DNA of 64,000 bases from NCBI GenBank assembly GCA_963850315.1, contig CAWKKN010000006.1, positions 4,843-68,842 of the forward strand, in the 5' to 3' direction. This stretch comes from an uncultured Actinomycetes bacterium (GTDB taxonomy: Bacteria; Actinomycetota; UBA4738; HRBIN12). Shown here one piece after another: positions 52,952 through 64,000 of this stretch. How positions within the stretch are numbered: position 1 is the first letter of the stretch; every line of letters begins with the position of its first letter. Position numbers and translations under genes: made by a program. The notes under the pieces were generated by a model that had not been told where the DNA came from, made no database searches, and was given only the letters and a program-made list of their open reading frames with translations.

Positions 52952-53311
52952 CGCAGCACCCCCTTGCGCCAGGCGTAGAGGAGGCCCAACGGCCAGGATC
53001 GCGATGAAGATGCCCATCTCGACGACCGCCGTGTAGCCCGAGGCCCTGGAACACGCGGGCCCACGGGAACAGGAACACGCTCTCCACGTCGAAGATCACG
53101 AACAGGAACCCGTAGACGTAGTAGCGGACCTGGCTCTGGGACCAGCCCTCGCCCACCGGGTCGATCCCGCATTCGTAGGTGGTCATCTTGCTGTACGTGG
53201 GGTGCTGGGGGCCACGAGGCGCGCGGCGGTGAACGCCACCGCCACGAGCAGGGCCCCCGCCACCAAGACCGCCAGGACGCACGCTGTAGGACTCGATAGT
53301 AGTCTAGGCAT
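52942..53311 (-). CDS. nuoA: NADH-quinone oxidoreductase subunit A, second copy (frameshifted)
   Basis: TTYECGIDP...YYVYGFLFVIFDVESVFLFPWA...[12 protein letters not shown]. Confidence 0.88.
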
Positions 53312-53368
53312 GACCCCTCTCTCGCGCGCGGATTCTAGCAGATCCCACGTCGCCGCCAGCTACGGCGC

Positions 53369-54387
53369 TCATGCCGGCTGCTCCGCGCCGCAGCGCGCCG
53401 CGAGGAACCGCGCGAGCTGGATCAGGGCGTGGCTCGCCGGGCCCTCGGGGAGGCGTCCGGCGAGCGGCCGTCGCGCGCGGCCGACCTCCTGCGTCACCGC
53501 CGCCCGCGCGTGATCGATCGAGCCGCCCTCGCCGGATGATCTGCAGCGCGCGATCGAGCAGCTGGCCGTCGGGCGCGCCGTGGCTGAGGATCCGCGCCAG
53601 CTCCTCGCGGCCGCTCGTCGTGAGCCAGAGCGTGCAGCACGGGAAGCGTGTAGACGCCCTCCCTCAGATCCACTCCGGGTTCCTTGCCGAGCTCGATCTG
53701 GGTCGCCGTGATGTCCATGATGTCGTCAGAGAGCTGGTAGGCCATGCCCGAGCGCGCCCCCGAACTCCTCCAGGATGTCGGTGTGCTCGGCCGGAGCGTC
53801 GGAGAACATGCCGCCCAGCCGGCACGAGGTGCCGATGAGCGATGCGGTCTTGCGCCGGATGATCTCGAGGTAGTTCGCGACCTCCTGCTCGACCTTCGCC
53901 GAGCTGTCGACCTCGCGGATCTGCCCGTCGCACAAGATGGCGATCGTCCGGGCCAGCAGCCGGCATACATCCGTGCCCAGGTCGGTGGAGATCTCCGAGG
54001 CCCGCGCGAACAAGAAGTCGCCCGTGAGGATGGCCACGGTATTGCTCCACCGCGTGTTCGCACTGGGGGCGCCGCGGCGCGAATCGGCCTCGTCGATCAC
54101 GTCGTCGTGGTAGAGCGTGGCGAGGTGCACGAGCTCGATCGAGACCGAACCGGGGATCAACCGGGGATCGCTCGGGTCCCCGAAGTAGCCCGAGAGCAGC
54201 ACCAACATCGCGCGGAACCGCTTGCCGCCCGCCGCGATGAGGTAGGAGGAGGTCTCCGAGAGCAGGCCGGAGGCCTCCACGTTGACCGACTTCTCCAAGG
54301 CCTGCTCGACGTGGTCGAGTCCGGTGCGCACGTCGGACTCCAAGACCGCGTCCGGCGGCTCGAGCCCGGGGATACGCGACGACTCAT
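53369..54387 (-). CDS. polyprenyl diphosphate synthase (frameshifted)
   Basis: AGGKRFR, ELVHLATLYHDDVIDE...RRG, KTASL, AYQLSDDIMD, GKEPGVDLREG. Confidence 0.92.
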
Positions 54388-54421
54388 ATCCTTCGTCCCT
54401 CCCAGTTCCTCTGCCCGGTGC

Positions 54422-55951
54422 TCACCATCGCAGCACCGAAGCCTTGTCGATGACGCCGACGACGATCCCGGGGAAGACCCCCAGCGCCAGGGTCAGGACC
54501 GCGGGGATCACGAGCGCCACGCGAGGCATGATCGACGCGTCCTCGTCCTGTTCGCCGGCGGGTTCGCGCATATACATGTATACGATCACCCGCAGGTAGA
54601 AGAAGGCGGCCGCGACGCTCATCACGACCCCGAGCAGCACCAGCGGCCAGTTGCCCGCCTGGATCGCCGCCGTGAAGACGCTCACCTTCGCGATGAAGCC
54701 CGCCGTGGGAGGGATCCCCGCCAGCGAGAGCAGGAACAACGTCATCAGGACGGCGAGTGACGGGCTCCTCCGGTACAGCCCCGCGTAGGACGACAACGAC
54801 GTCTGCTCCTCTCCCTTGGCCGAGACGAGCATCACGACCCCGAACGCTCCGAGGGTCATCGACGCGTACGCGATGAGATAGAACATCGCGGCGCGGATGC
54901 CCACGCTGTTCGCGGAGGTCAGCCCCGTGAGGATGAACCCCGCGTGCGCGATGCTCGAGTAGGCGAGCATGCGCTTGATGTCGGACTGCGCGATCGCGAG
55001 CACCGATCCCACCACGACGGAGATCGCGGCCAGAACCCAGATGACCGGCGTCCAGGTCCACGAGAGCGGCTGGAAGGCGACGTCGAGCACCCGGATGAAC
55101 GCCATGAACGCCGCCACCTTCGTCGCCGCAGACATGAACGCCGTCACCGGTGTGGGCGCTCCCTGGTACACGTCGGGCGTCCACATATGGAACGGCGCCG
55201 CCGAGACCTTGAACCCGAACCCGACGGCAAGCAGGGCGAAGGACAGCAGGGCGAGGGCCTGGTTGCCCGTCTGCCCGGACAGCGCGTGAGCCAGAACGGT
55301 GATCGACGTGGAGTTCGTTGCGCCGTACGCCATCGCCACGCCATAGAGGAAGAACGCCGAAGACGCGGCGCCCAGGAGGAAGTACTTCATCGAAGCCTCG
55401 TTCGAGCCGCGGATCCCGGTGATCCCCGTGAGCACGTACAGCGCCAGGGAGAAGATCTCGAGGGCGAGGAACACCACGATGAGATCCGCGGCGGCCACGA
55501 TCAGCAGCATCCCTGTCGTCGCGAACAGCACGAGGGGCGTGAACTCCCCTTTGGGCTCGACCCCCGTCCGCCGGCCGCGGGGCTCGACCGCCTCCGCGCC
55601 CTCGACCGTCCCCTCGCCGTCGGTTCGCGTCCCGGCGAAGTAGTGCGTTCCCAGGAGCAGCGCCATCGCCGCGATCGCGAGCAAGACGACGTAGCCCACC
55701 ACCGCGAAACGGTCCGTGTACACCATGCCGCCCATCACGGTGGCGTCCTTCGTCCAGTTCCACAGGACGAGCGACGCCGCGGCGGACGCGGTGAGGCCGG
55801 CGAGCCCGATCGCGAGGTGCACGGCGCGATCGGAGCGGCGCACGAGCGCTTCGTAGAGGAGGCCGATCATCGCGGTACCCGCCAGGATCAGTTCGGGCAT
55901 GATCGGCTGGAAGACGAGCTTCGGCGTCGGCAACGTTGCGGCGGCGATCAC
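54422..55951 (-). CDS. nuoN: NADH-quinone oxidoreductase subunit N
   Basis: EASMKYFLLG, FKVSAAPFHMWTPDVYQGAP, KRMLAYSSIAHAG. Confidence 0.95.
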   Translation of the reverse strand: MIAAATLPTPKLVFQPIMPELILAGTAMIGLLYEALVRRSDRAVHLAIGLAGLTASAAASLVLWNWTKDATVMGGMVYTDRFAVVGYVVLLAIAAMALLLGTHYFAGTRTDGEGTVEGAEAVEPRGRRTGVEPKGEFTPLVLFATTGMLLIVAAADLIVVFLALEIFSLALYVLTGITGIRGSNEASMKYFLLGAASSAFFLYGVAMAYGATNSTSITVLAHALSGQTGNQALALLSFALLAVGFGFKVSAAPFHMWTPDVYQGAPTPVTAFMSAATKVAAFMAFIRVLDVAFQPLSWTWTPVIWVLAAISVVVGSVLAIAQSDIKRMLAYSSIAHAGFILTGLTSANSVGIRAAMFYLIAYASMTLGAFGVVMLVSAKGEEQTSLSSYAGLYRRSPSLAVLMTLFLLSLAGIPPTAGFIAKVSVFTAAIQAGNWPLVLLGVVMSVAAAFFYLRVIVYMYMREPAGEQDEDASIMPRVALVIPAVLTLALGVFPGIVVGVIDKASVLRW

Positions 55952-57489
55952 GGGGCCGCCGTTCCCTGCGCCCGGGCCGGAACGCCGACGTCGGTGGGCT
56001 GGCCCTGTGGCTGAACGTGCGCGATGGCGGCCTTCGCGGACGGATCGATGCGATCCGTGAGGAGCTTCGGATACACGCCGAACACGAGCAGCAGCGCGAG
56101 GACCGGCGCCAGCACGGCGACCTCGCGCAGGCTCACGTCGGGCAGGTGCCGGTGCTCCTCATGCACCGGGCCGTACGCCATGCGCTGATAGGACCAGAGC
56201 AGGTAGATGGCGGCCAGGATCACCGCGAGGGCGGCGAGCGAGCCGAACCAATGGCTCACGGCGAACGTCCCCACGATCACGAGGAACTCCCCGATGAAGC
56301 TGTTGAGACCCGGCAGGCCGACGGAGGCGAACACCGCGAACAGGAAGGCGCCGGTGAGCCACGGCATCACGCTCGCGAGCCCCCCCATCTTCGCGAGCTC
56401 GCGCGTATGCGTGCGTTCGTAGACCATCCCCACCAGCAGGAACAACGCGCCTGTCGCGAGGCCGTGGTTCACCATCTGCAGCACGCCCCCGGTCAGGGCC
56501 TGCTGCGTGAACGCGAAGATGCCCAGCACGACGAAACCCAGGTGCGACACCGACGAGTACGCCACCAGGCGCTTGATGTCCGTCTGGATCAACGCGCAGA
56601 CCGCCCCGTAGATGATCCCGATCACCGCCAGGATCGACACGAACGTCGCGAAGTACTTGGAGGGGTCGGGAAACAGCGCCAGGTTGAACCGGATCAACCC
56701 GTACGTGCCCACCTTCAACAGGACCCCGGCCAGCAGGACCGATCCCGCCGTGGGCGCCTCGGTGTGAGCGTCTGGAAGCCACGTGTGCAGCGGGAACAGC
56801 GGCACCTTCACGGCGAACGCCACGAAGAACGCCAGGAAGAGCCATCGAGCGGCCCCGGTGGACAGCGTGCTCGCCACCACCTGGAGCTGACGCAGGTCGA
56901 AGGTCCCGTGGCCGAGCACGCGGCTCGACGCCGCGTAGAGGAACAGCGTCGCCACGAGGAGGAACGCCGAGCCGCCCATCGTGTAGAGGAAGAACTTCAC
57001 GGCCGCGTAGACGCGGCGCTCGCCGCCCCAGCCGCCGATCAGCAGATACATCGGCACCAGGATCGCCTCGAAGAACAGGAAGAACAGCAGGAGGTCCAGC
57101 GAGAGGAACGAGCCCAGAACCGCGGTTTCCAGCGCCAGCATCGCGCTCATGTACAGGCGCACGTTCTTCTCGATCTTCCACGAGGCTAGGATCGCGATCG
57201 GGAACAGGAACGTGCTCAGCAGCACCATCCACAGGCTGATCCCGTCCACGCCCACGAGGTACTGGAGCCCTATCTCCTTGACCCACGTGGCGGATTGCAC
57301 CATCTGGAAGCCCGCCACGGAGCCGTCGAAGCGCCCCAGCACGACGAGCGATTCGATGAACGTGGCGAGCCCGGTGAGCAGCGCGATCCAGCGCACCGCG
57401 TCGTCGGGCACGCGCCGCCCCGCCACGCCGATCGCCACGACGCCCACCAGCGGCAGGAAGATCGTGACGGTGAGCAGCGCGCCGCTCAC
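55948..57489 (-). CDS. nuoM: NADH-quinone oxidoreductase subunit M
   Basis: VKVPLFPLHTWLPDAHTEAP, KRLVAYSSVSHLG. Confidence 0.95.
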   Translation of the reverse strand: MSGALLTVTIFLPLVGVVAIGVAGRRVPDDAVRWIALLTGLATFIESLVVLGRFDGSVAGFQMVQSATWVKEIGLQYLVGVDGISLWMVLLSTFLFPIAILASWKIEKNVRLYMSAMLALETAVLGSFLSLDLLLFFLFFEAILVPMYLLIGGWGGERRVYAAVKFFLYTMGGSAFLLVATLFLYAASSRVLGHGTFDLRQLQVVASTLSTGAARWLFLAFFVAFAVKVPLFPLHTWLPDAHTEAPTAGSVLLAGVLLKVGTYGLIRFNLALFPDPSKYFATFVSILAVIGIIYGAVCALIQTDIKRLVAYSSVSHLGFVVLGIFAFTQQALTGGVLQMVNHGLATGALFLLVGMVYERTHTRELAKMGGLASVMPWLTGAFLFAVFASVGLPGLNSFIGEFLVIVGTFAVSHWFGSLAALAVILAAIYLLWSYQRMAYGPVHEEHRHLPDVSLREVAVLAPVLALLLVFGVYPKLLTDRIDPSAKAAIAHVQPQGQPTDVGVPARAQGTAAP

Positions 57490-59387
57490 AGCCGGAACCC
57501 CACATACACGAGGAGGCCCACGGCCCCCGCGAACAGGGCGAGTGCGTAGGTCCGCACGAACCCGGTCTGCACCTTGCGGCCCGCGTCGGCGAGGCGGCGC
57601 ACCCCACCGCCGACACCGTTCACGATCCCGTCGATGAAACCCATGTCGAACGGGTAGGCCGTGAAGGCCGCGACGGCCTTGCCGGGGGCCACCAGCACCG
57701 TGGAGTAGTACTCGTCCACGTACCAGCCGTTAGCGAACAGGCGGTGCAACGGGTCGAGACGGACGCGCAGGGCCATCCAGTCGACGCGCCCGGATCCGTA
57801 GATCAGCCAGGCGATGACGAGCGTGGCGACCGAGATCACGGCAGCGATCACTGTCAGGACCCCCGGCTGCAGACCCACGTGCAGGTCGGGGACGTGGCCC
57901 AGGATCGGATCGACCCACTCGGTGAACACGCCTTCGGGGGTGCGCTGGACCGCCAGTCCCAGGAACGCCGCCCCGATCGACAGCAGCACCAGCGGGATCG
58001 TCATGATGGCGGGCGACTCGTGGGCGTGCTCCGCCGCTTCGGTCCGTGCCGTGCCGAAGAACGTCAGGAAGATCAACCGCCCGATGTAGAGCGCGGAGAT
58101 CAGCGCGCCCACGGAGCCCAGCACGTAGACCCACTGATGGCCGGTGTGGTTGGCCACCTCGAGGATCTGGTCCTTCGCGAAGAACCCCGCCAACGGCGGG
58201 ATGCCCGCGAGCGCGAGGGCCCCGATCACGAACGTCCACCCGGTCACGGGCATCCGCTTGATGAGGCCGCCCATCTTCTTCATGTCCGTCTCGTCGTGCA
58301 TCCCGTGCATCACCGAGCCGGCTCCCAGGAACATCAGAGCCTTGTAGAAGGCGTGCGCGACCAACAGGAAGAGCGCCAGCGTGTACGCGCGGAGTCCCGC
58401 GGCGACGAACATGTACCCGAGCTGGCTGACCGTGGAGTACGCCAGGACGCGCTTGATGTCGTCTTGGCCGAGCGCGCAGGTGCCCGCGAACAAGAGCGTG
58501 ACGAGGCCGACGACGGTGACCACGACCAGCGCGACGCCGCTCAGCTCGAACAGGACATGCGTGCGCAGCACCAGGTAGACGCCGGCCGTCACCATCGTCG
58601 CGGCGTGGATCAGGGCGGAGACCGGTGTGGGACCCGCCATCGCGTCGGGGAGCCAAACGTGAAGGGGAACCTGCGCCGACTTGCCCACCGCCCCAGCGAA
58701 CAGGAGCAGCGCGATCGCGGTCGCCGCATCCTTCGTGAGGACGTTTCCGGCCGTGCCGAACACGACCTGGAAGTCGAGCGTGCCGAACTTCGCGACGATG
58801 AGCGCGAGGCCGATGAGCATGGCCGTGTCGCCGATGCGTGTGGTGATGAACGCCTTCTTCGCGGCGTTCGCGTTGTCGGTCTTGTCGAACCAGAAGCCGA
58901 TCAACAGGTAGGAGCAGAGGCCGACCCCTTCCCAGCCCAGATACATGACCAGGAAGTTCTCCCCGAGGACGAGCATCAGCATGAAGAACACGAACAGGTT
59001 CATGTAGGCGAAGAACCGGCCGTAGCGTGGGTCGCCGTGCATGTACCCGATGGCGTAGACGTGGATCAGCAGCCCGATGCCGGTGACCACCAGGATCATC
59101 GTCGCGGACAGGGCGTCCAGGCGTAGATCCACGGTCACGTTGAACCGTCCCACCGCGATCCAGTCGTAGAGGTGCCGCAGGTAGAGCCGCGACCCGGGCG
59201 GCGAGGTGCGCAGCCCCATCACCGCGGACAGCGCCAGCGCGAACGCCACGGCGACGGAACCGACGGCGAGCCACCCCGCCGCACGGCCCAGCCGCTTGCC
59301 CACGAACAGATTGGTCGCGGCCGCCGCGAGCGGCACCGCAGGCACCAGCCAGATCAGGTGCATCGCCGGGGTCACGTGCGTCACCAC
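57486..59387 (-). CDS. nuoL: NADH-quinone oxidoreductase subunit L
   Basis: [32 protein letters not shown]. Confidence 0.95.
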   Translation of the reverse strand: MVTHVTPAMHLIWLVPAVPLAAAATNLFVGKRLGRAAGWLAVGSVAVAFALALSAVMGLRTSPPGSRLYLRHLYDWIAVGRFNVTVDLRLDALSATMILVVTGIGLLIHVYAIGYMHGDPRYGRFFAYMNLFVFFMLMLVLGENFLVMYLGWEGVGLCSYLLIGFWFDKTDNANAAKKAFITTRIGDTAMLIGLALIVAKFGTLDFQVVFGTAGNVLTKDAATAIALLLFAGAVGKSAQVPLHVWLPDAMAGPTPVSALIHAATMVTAGVYLVLRTHVLFELSGVALVVVTVVGLVTLLFAGTCALGQDDIKRVLAYSTVSQLGYMFVAAGLRAYTLALFLLVAHAFYKALMFLGAGSVMHGMHDETDMKKMGGLIKRMPVTGWTFVIGALALAGIPPLAGFFAKDQILEVANHTGHQWVYVLGSVGALISALYIGRLIFLTFFGTARTEAAEHAHESPAIMTIPLVLLSIGAAFLGLAVQRTPEGVFTEWVDPILGHVPDLHVGLQPGVLTVIAAVISVATLVIAWLIYGSGRVDWMALRVRLDPLHRLFANGWYVDEYYSTVLVAPGKAVAAFTAYPFDMGFIDGIVNGVGGGVRRLADAGRKVQTGFVRTYALALFAGAVGLLVYVGFRL

Positions 59388-59686
59388 CGGAGCGACCTCG
59401 CGTCGTCGACGTTCACGCTGTGGACCCGGCGATAGACGGACACGATGATCGCGAGGCCGACGACGACCTCCGCCGCCGCCACCACCATCGAGAAGAACGC
59501 GATCACCTGCCCGTTGAGGTTGCCGTGCAGCCGGGAGAACGCGACCAGCGACAGGTTCACGGCGTTCAGCTGGAGTTCCACCGACATGAAGATCAACAGG
59601 GCGTTCTTGCGGATCAGCACGCCGGCCGTCCCCATCGCGAACAGGATCCCCGAGAGCAGTAGGAAGTAGGCGATCGGGGTCCTCAC
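59381..59686 (-). CDS. nuoK: NADH-quinone oxidoreductase subunit K
   Basis: [12 protein letters not shown]...[12 protein letters not shown]. Confidence 0.95.
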   Translation of the reverse strand: MRTPIAYFLLLSGILFAMGTAGVLIRKNALLIFMSVELQLNAVNLSLVAFSRLHGNLNGQVIAFFSMVVAAAEVVVGLAIIVSVYRRVHSVNVDDARSLRW

Positions 59687-60285
59687 GGCGTCAGCGCCTC
59701 TTCCTGCGGCGCGTGCTCCGCCCTCGCGACCTCCGCCGCGGCGTCGATCTCGGCCTGGGTGACGGCGCGCGCCTTGCGGTTCGCCAGCACCATCGCGGCG
59801 ATCGCGGCGACGATGAGCAACAGGGAGGTGACTTCGAAGGGGAAGAAGTACCGCGTGAAGAGCACCTTCGCGATGGCCAGCGGGTTGCCGCCGGCGTTCG
59901 CGGTGGTTTCGAACGTCGCGGACGCGGTTGTCGCGAACCCGATGCTCGCGCGCAGCGCGAAGAAGACCTCGAGCGCGAAGCCCACGGCGAGGACGACCGC
60001 CATCGTCCGCTGCCCGAAGAGCCGCTCGCCGGTGCGCTCGGTGCGGTCGACGCCCAAGAGCATGATGACGAACAGGAACAGCACCATGATGGCGCCGGCG
60101 TAGACGATGATCTGGACTGCGAACAGGAACGGCGCGTCCAACAGCAGGAACATCACCGCGATCGTGAAGAAGTTGACGATCAGGAACAGCGCCGCGTGCA
60201 CGGCGTTACGGCGCGTGAGCATCAACACCGCCGACGCCACCGAGATCGGAGCGAAGACCCAGAACACGACGTTGTCGAGCGGCAT
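59683..60285 (-). CDS. nuoJ: NADH-quinone oxidoreductase subunit J
   Basis: [10 protein letters not shown]...[21 protein letters not shown]...YFFPFE. Confidence 0.94.
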   Translation of the reverse strand: MPLDNVVFWVFAPISVASAVLMLTRRNAVHAALFLIVNFFTIAVMFLLLDAPFLFAVQIIVYAGAIMVLFLFVIMLLGVDRTERTGERLFGQRTMAVVLAVGFALEVFFALRASIGFATTASATFETTANAGGNPLAIAKVLFTRYFFPFEVTSLLLIVAAIAAMVLANRKARAVTQAEIDAAAEVARAEHAPQEEALTP

Positions 60286-60800
60286 CAGCCCTCCCGCGTG
60301 ATCGGGTCCGAGCCGATCGGGGGTGGCGGCTCCAAGAGCTGCTCCTTCGTCCAGATCGCGTCCTCGCGTGTTGTGAACGACAGCTCGAAGTAGCTGGTCA
60401 TCGTGAGCGCCCGCGTCGGGCACGCCTCCACGCAGAGGCCACACATGATGCAGCGGAGGTAGTTGATCTGGTAGTCCTTCGCGTAGCGCTCACCGGGGCT
60501 CGTGGGGTTCTCGGGATCGTTGTCGGCGCCCTCCACCCAGATCGCGTCGGCGGGACACGCGAACGCGCAGAGCTCGCATCCGATGCATTTCTCCAAGCCG
60601 TTGTCGTGCTTGTTCAGGCGATGGCGTCCCGTGTGCGCGCGCTCCGGGATCGGCGCGATCTCCTTCGGGTACTGCTCGGTGTTGTCGTGGCGGAAGGTCT
60701 GCTTGAAGACCGTCCCCATCCCCTTCGCGATGGCGACGGCGGCGTCGATGAAGCCGCCCTCAGCCTGCTGGGGTCCTCGCTCCTCGGGCTCGTCGCTCAC
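60285..60800 (-). CDS. nuoI: NADH-quinone oxidoreductase subunit I
   Basis: [13 protein letters not shown] and [13 protein letters not shown]. Confidence 0.95.
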   Translation of the reverse strand: MSDEPEERGPQQAEGGFIDAAVAIAKGMGTVFKQTFRHDNTEQYPKEIAPIPERAHTGRHRLNKHDNGLEKCIGCELCAFACPADAIWVEGADNDPENPTSPGERYAKDYQINYLRCIMCGLCVEACPTRALTMTSYFELSFTTREDAIWTKEQLLEPPPPIGSDPITREG

Positions 60801-61930
60801 GCGTCCACCTCCTCGACGGGGGTCGTCTTCAGCTGTTGGACGAACGCGGGCAACAGGAGCGACAGCAGCGCCAGGACCCCGAGGATCGCGGCGCCGCCGA
60901 CGAGGATCGACCGACGGCTGAAGTGATCGGGCAGCACTACCACGGCCCCCGTGACGAGCACCCACACCAGCCCGAAGGGGATGAGCACCTTCCAGCCGAA
61001 GTTCATCAGGCGGTCGTAGCGCATGCGCGGCAGCGTCGCCCGGATCAGGATCAACAGGTAGATGACGGCGGTCAGTTTGAGCAGGAACCACAGGAATGGC
61101 CCCAGCCACGGCACGAAGCTGTGGAACCAGGGTCCGCGCCATCCGCCGAGGAACAACGTCACGGCCACCGCCGACACGGTCACCGTGTTCACGTACTCGC
61201 CGATATAGAAGAGCGCGAACTGGAAGCCCGAGTACTCCGTGTGGAAGCCCGCCACCAGCTCCGTCTCCGCCTCCGCGAGGTCGAATGGAGGGCGGTTCGT
61301 CTCGGCGAGCGCCCCGATGAGGAACACGACGAACGCCGGGAACTGCGGGATGACGTTCCAGTAGTGGCTCTGCGCCGCGACGATCTCGGACATCCGCAGG
61401 TGCCCGCTGTACATGATCACAGCGACGAGCGCCAGACCCATGCCCACCTCGTACGACACCATCTGCGCGCTGGAACGCACCGCGCCCAGGAGGGGGTAGT
61501 TCGAGCCGCTCGACCAGCCGGCGAGGACCACGCCGTACACGCCGATCGACGTCATCGCCAAGATCCACAGGATCCCGATGTTGAGGTCGGCGAGCTGGAA
61601 CGGGATCGTGCGGCCGAAGAGGTTCACGCTGGTGCCGAACGGGATCACCGCGAACGCCAGGAACCCCGGGATCATCGCCAACACCGGCGCGATCAGGTAG
61701 ACCCACCGGTCCGCGTTCGTGGGGTCGATCCCCTCCTTGAAGAACAGCTTGATGCCGTCGGCGAGCGTGATGAGGATGCCGCGGGGACCCGCGCGCATGG
61801 GGCCCTTACGCGTCTGCATGTCCGCGATGACCTTGCGTTCCATCCAGATGTAGATCATCACGGCGATCAACATGCCGAAGAACACGATGACGACACGCGC
61901 AACGAGGATGACCCAGTCGACCCAGTTCAC
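60797..61930 (-). CDS. nuoH: NADH-quinone oxidoreductase subunit H
   Basis: [15 protein letters not shown]...ADGIKL...[14 protein letters not shown]...[10 protein letters not shown]. Confidence 0.95.
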   Translation of the reverse strand: MNWVDWVILVARVVIVFFGMLIAVMIYIWMERKVIADMQTRKGPMRAGPRGILITLADGIKLFFKEGIDPTNADRWVYLIAPVLAMIPGFLAFAVIPFGTSVNLFGRTIPFQLADLNIGILWILAMTSIGVYGVVLAGWSSGSNYPLLGAVRSSAQMVSYEVGMGLALVAVIMYSGHLRMSEIVAAQSHYWNVIPQFPAFVVFLIGALAETNRPPFDLAEAETELVAGFHTEYSGFQFALFYIGEYVNTVTVSAVAVTLFLGGWRGPWFHSFVPWLGPFLWFLLKLTAVIYLLILIRATLPRMRYDRLMNFGWKVLIPFGLVWVLVTGAVVVLPDHFSRRSILVGGAAILGVLALLSLLLPAFVQQLKTTPVEEVDA

Positions 61931-64000
61931 CCCGCCGGCACCCCCTCGGGGACGGCCTCTCGTGCGACCGACTCGAGGGACGTGGTCGTCGTGAACGAGC
62001 CCGAAAGAAGGGTGTTCGCTGCGAACCCCGGCTGATTGAAGGGCACGAACGCGGAGCCCTGGGCGATGTGGGGGCTGACGCGGACGGGCAGCTCCGCCTC
62101 GCCCGCCTCGGTGCGGACCGTCGCGCGGCCCCCGTGAGTGAGGCCGAACGCCGCGGCATCCTGAGGGTGAACCTCCACGAAGGCCTCGTCCAGCAACACA
62201 GCCTTCAGCTCCTCGGCGCGTTCGGACAACCGACCCTCATCCACGAGGAGCGGGTAGGAGAACAGGATCAGGTTCCCCTCGGGGACCACCGGAACTGACG
62301 ACCCCGGCAGCGCGAACCCGGAACCCCCGAGCTCACGGGGGGCCAGCAGCCTCCCCATCTCGTCGCGGAGCTCGTCCAACGTCTCGAACCCGAGGTCTCC
62401 ACCGGCCGCGAGCCCCAGACTCGCGAAGATCTCCCAGTCCGGCAGCGCGATGCCTTCGGGCCCGCGCACGGGCCGCAGGCGTTGGCTGCGACCCTCCCAC
62501 GTGGTGACGTGCCCGTCCTTCTCCAGGAACGGGGCGGCGGGCAGGAAGGCGTCGGCGAACGGCTCCAGGGATCCCAGCTCCAGGGACTGCACCACCTTGG
62601 TGGGGACGTTCTGCAACGCCCGCAGTGCGAGCGCCGCGTCCGGGTAGTCGCGGAGCGGGTCCACACCGATCAGGAACAGGACGTCGATCTCGCGGTTCGC
62701 GCACGCCTGAAGGATCCCCCGCCAGTCGCGTCCCTCCTCGGCGGCCATGATGGGTCCCCACAGCGCCTCCACCTCCCCGCGCTCCTGCGGGTTCGCGAAG
62801 GCTCGGCCCCCCGGCAGCAGTTGGGGCACGACGCCAGCCACGAGCGCACCTCGATCGTTGGCGCGGCGCGAGACGTAGGCGAACCTCGCCGCGGGCGAGA
62901 CCATCCACGCGGAGAAGACGCCGGCCGGCATCTGCGCCAGCCGCGGCCCGGCGATCACGACGCCCTCCTCGCCGGCTTCGCGGAGCGCCACAAGCGCCTC
63001 GGCAACCTCCGGTCGGTCCCGGCCCTCCTCGGGTTCCAGCAGCTGGACCTCGTGGCCGGGCCGGCACAGGATGTGTTCAGCGACGTCCCAAAGACGCGTG
63101 CGTCGTGGATGCAGGACGAAGATCTTCGCGCCGCGCCGCGCCGCCTTGCGCAGGCGCAGGTGAAGGATCGGGACCTCCTGCTCGGCGTCGAGTCCGGCGA
63201 TCAGGATGACCTTCGCGCGCTCGACGTCCTTGTAGGTGGCACCGCGACCGCCCGCCAGCACGTGCTCGGCGGCCGGACCGGGTCCGAAGTCCCGCCGATG
63301 GTCGAGGTCGTTCGTGCCGAACACCGTGCGGGCCAACTTCGACAGCGCGTAGTAGTCCTCGTCCATCAGCCGGCCACCGGTGAGGAACGCCACGCGCTTG
63401 CCGCGAGCCCATCCTGCGACGGTGGTGAGGACCTCGCCGAACGACGCCGGCTCCAGCCCGCGGTCGCGGATCAGCGGCGTCCTGAGGCGCTCGGGCGCGT
63501 CGGGGAACCGGAACGCGAACCGCCCCTTGTCACACATCCACGCGTCGTTGACGTCGTAGTTGTCGCGCGCGAGCTGGCGCACGACCTCGCCCCTGCGGAC
63601 GTCCACCTTGATGTTGCACCCCGCGCTGCAGTGCGGACAGACGGAGTCCACCGTCGACAGGTCGAACGGCCGCGCGACGAACCGGTAGGGTTCGGCGGTG
63701 AGCGCACCCACCGGGCAGATCTGGACGGTGTTGCCGCTGAACGGGCTCCTGAAGTCTTCTCCCGCCGCGATCGAGACGCGCTCACCCGCACCGCGGGCGA
63801 ACAGCTCGATGAAGCGGTCACCCGAGATCTCGTCGCAGAACCGGGTGCAGCGCGCACACAGCACGCAACGCTCGCGGTCGAGGTTCACGAGCGGCGAGAG
63901 CGGGATCGGCTTGCGGAATGTCCGTTTCGCCTCCCGGAAGCGGCTGTCGCCGGGGCCATAGGCGAGCGCCTGATCCTGGAGCGGGCATTCCCCGCCGCGG
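61927..64000 (-). CDS. nuoG: NADH-quinone oxidoreductase subunit G (5' part outside the window)
   Basis: GECPLQD, RCVLCARCTRFC, NTVQICPVGAL, CPHCSAGC, CDKGRF. Confidence 0.95.
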   Translation of the reverse strand, partial: RGGECPLQDQALAYGPGDSRFREAKRTFRKPIPLSPLVNLDRERCVLCARCTRFCDEISGDRFIELFARGAGERVSIAAGEDFRSPFSGNTVQICPVGALTAEPYRFVARPFDLSTVDSVCPHCSAGCNIKVDVRRGEVVRQLARDNYDVNDAWMCDKGRFAFRFPDAPERLRTPLIRDRGLEPASFGEVLTTVAGWARGKRVAFLTGGRLMDEDYYALSKLARTVFGTNDLDHRRDFGPGPAAEHVLAGGRGATYKDVERAKVILIAGLDAEQEVPILHLRLRKAARRGAKIFVLHPRRTRLWDVAEHILCRPGHEVQLLEPEEGRDRPEVAEALVALREAGEEGVVIAGPRLAQMPAGVFSAWMVSPAARFAYVSRRANDRGALVAGVVPQLLPGGRAFANPQERGEVEALWGPIMAAEEGRDWRGILQACANREIDVLFLIGVDPLRDYPDAALALRALQNVPTKVVQSLELGSLEPFADAFLPAAPFLEKDGHVTTWEGRSQRLRPVRGPEGIALPDWEIFASLGLAAGGDLGFETLDELRDEMGRLLAPRELGGSGFALPGSSVPVVPEGNLILFSYPLLVDEGRLSERAEELKAVLLDEAFVEVHPQDAAAFGLTHGGRATVRTEAGEAELPVRVSPHIAQGSAFVPFNQPGFAANTLLSGSFTTTTSLESVAREAVPEGVPAG

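Noticed and set aside
50934-54387. Multiple frameshifts in nuoA/B/C/H (second copy) and the polyprenyl synthase, suggesting pseudogenes or programmed frameshifting
   Set aside because: Single-base indels cluster regionally and hit conserved housekeeping genes whose motifs are otherwise intact; best explained as assembly errors. The same caution applies to 1-841 and 17576-28260.
55550-55635. ~20-aa hydrophilic insert with a short GGGCTCGACC repeat in nuoN
   Set aside because: In-frame loop expansion with no intein or mobile-element features

Overview
GC-rich, actinobacterial-type DNA in two parts. Right part (38739-64000) is conserved chromosome: tRNA-Tyr(GTA) divergent from yajQ, a class-III aminotransferase plus PLP decarboxylase pair, DUF1801, GNAT, htpX, a short complex-I-like operon (nuoA,B,C,H,I,J,K,L,M,N; no D/E/F/G), a polyprenyl synthetase and the distal part of a canonical nuo operon (nuoG-N). 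Left part (1-38738) lies downstream of the tRNA 3' end and looks like an accreted genomic island. Moving away from the tRNA it holds: an IS481-family IS with a 15-16 bp target duplication of the tRNA end; a coupled pair of an apparently catalytically dead tyrosine-recombinase-fold gene and an IS4-superfamily (YREK) DDE transposase whose putative end abuts the tRNA; a PemK/MazF-like plus PD-(D/E)XK nuclease operon under a divergent two-operator switch with an AlpA-like HTH and a truncated hsdM; a ~14.2 kb operon of three giant uncharacterised proteins (OmpA-like domain, Fn3/Ig-like repeats, degenerate phospholipase D); a decayed integrase-core IS; a LAL-regulator/BON/HdeD/DAGK/DUF2252 neighbourhood; and a TetR-controlled oxidoreductase unit. 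Many 1-bp frameshifts also hit housekeeping genes, so they are probably assembly indels. All family assignments come from reading motifs by eye, not from database searches.
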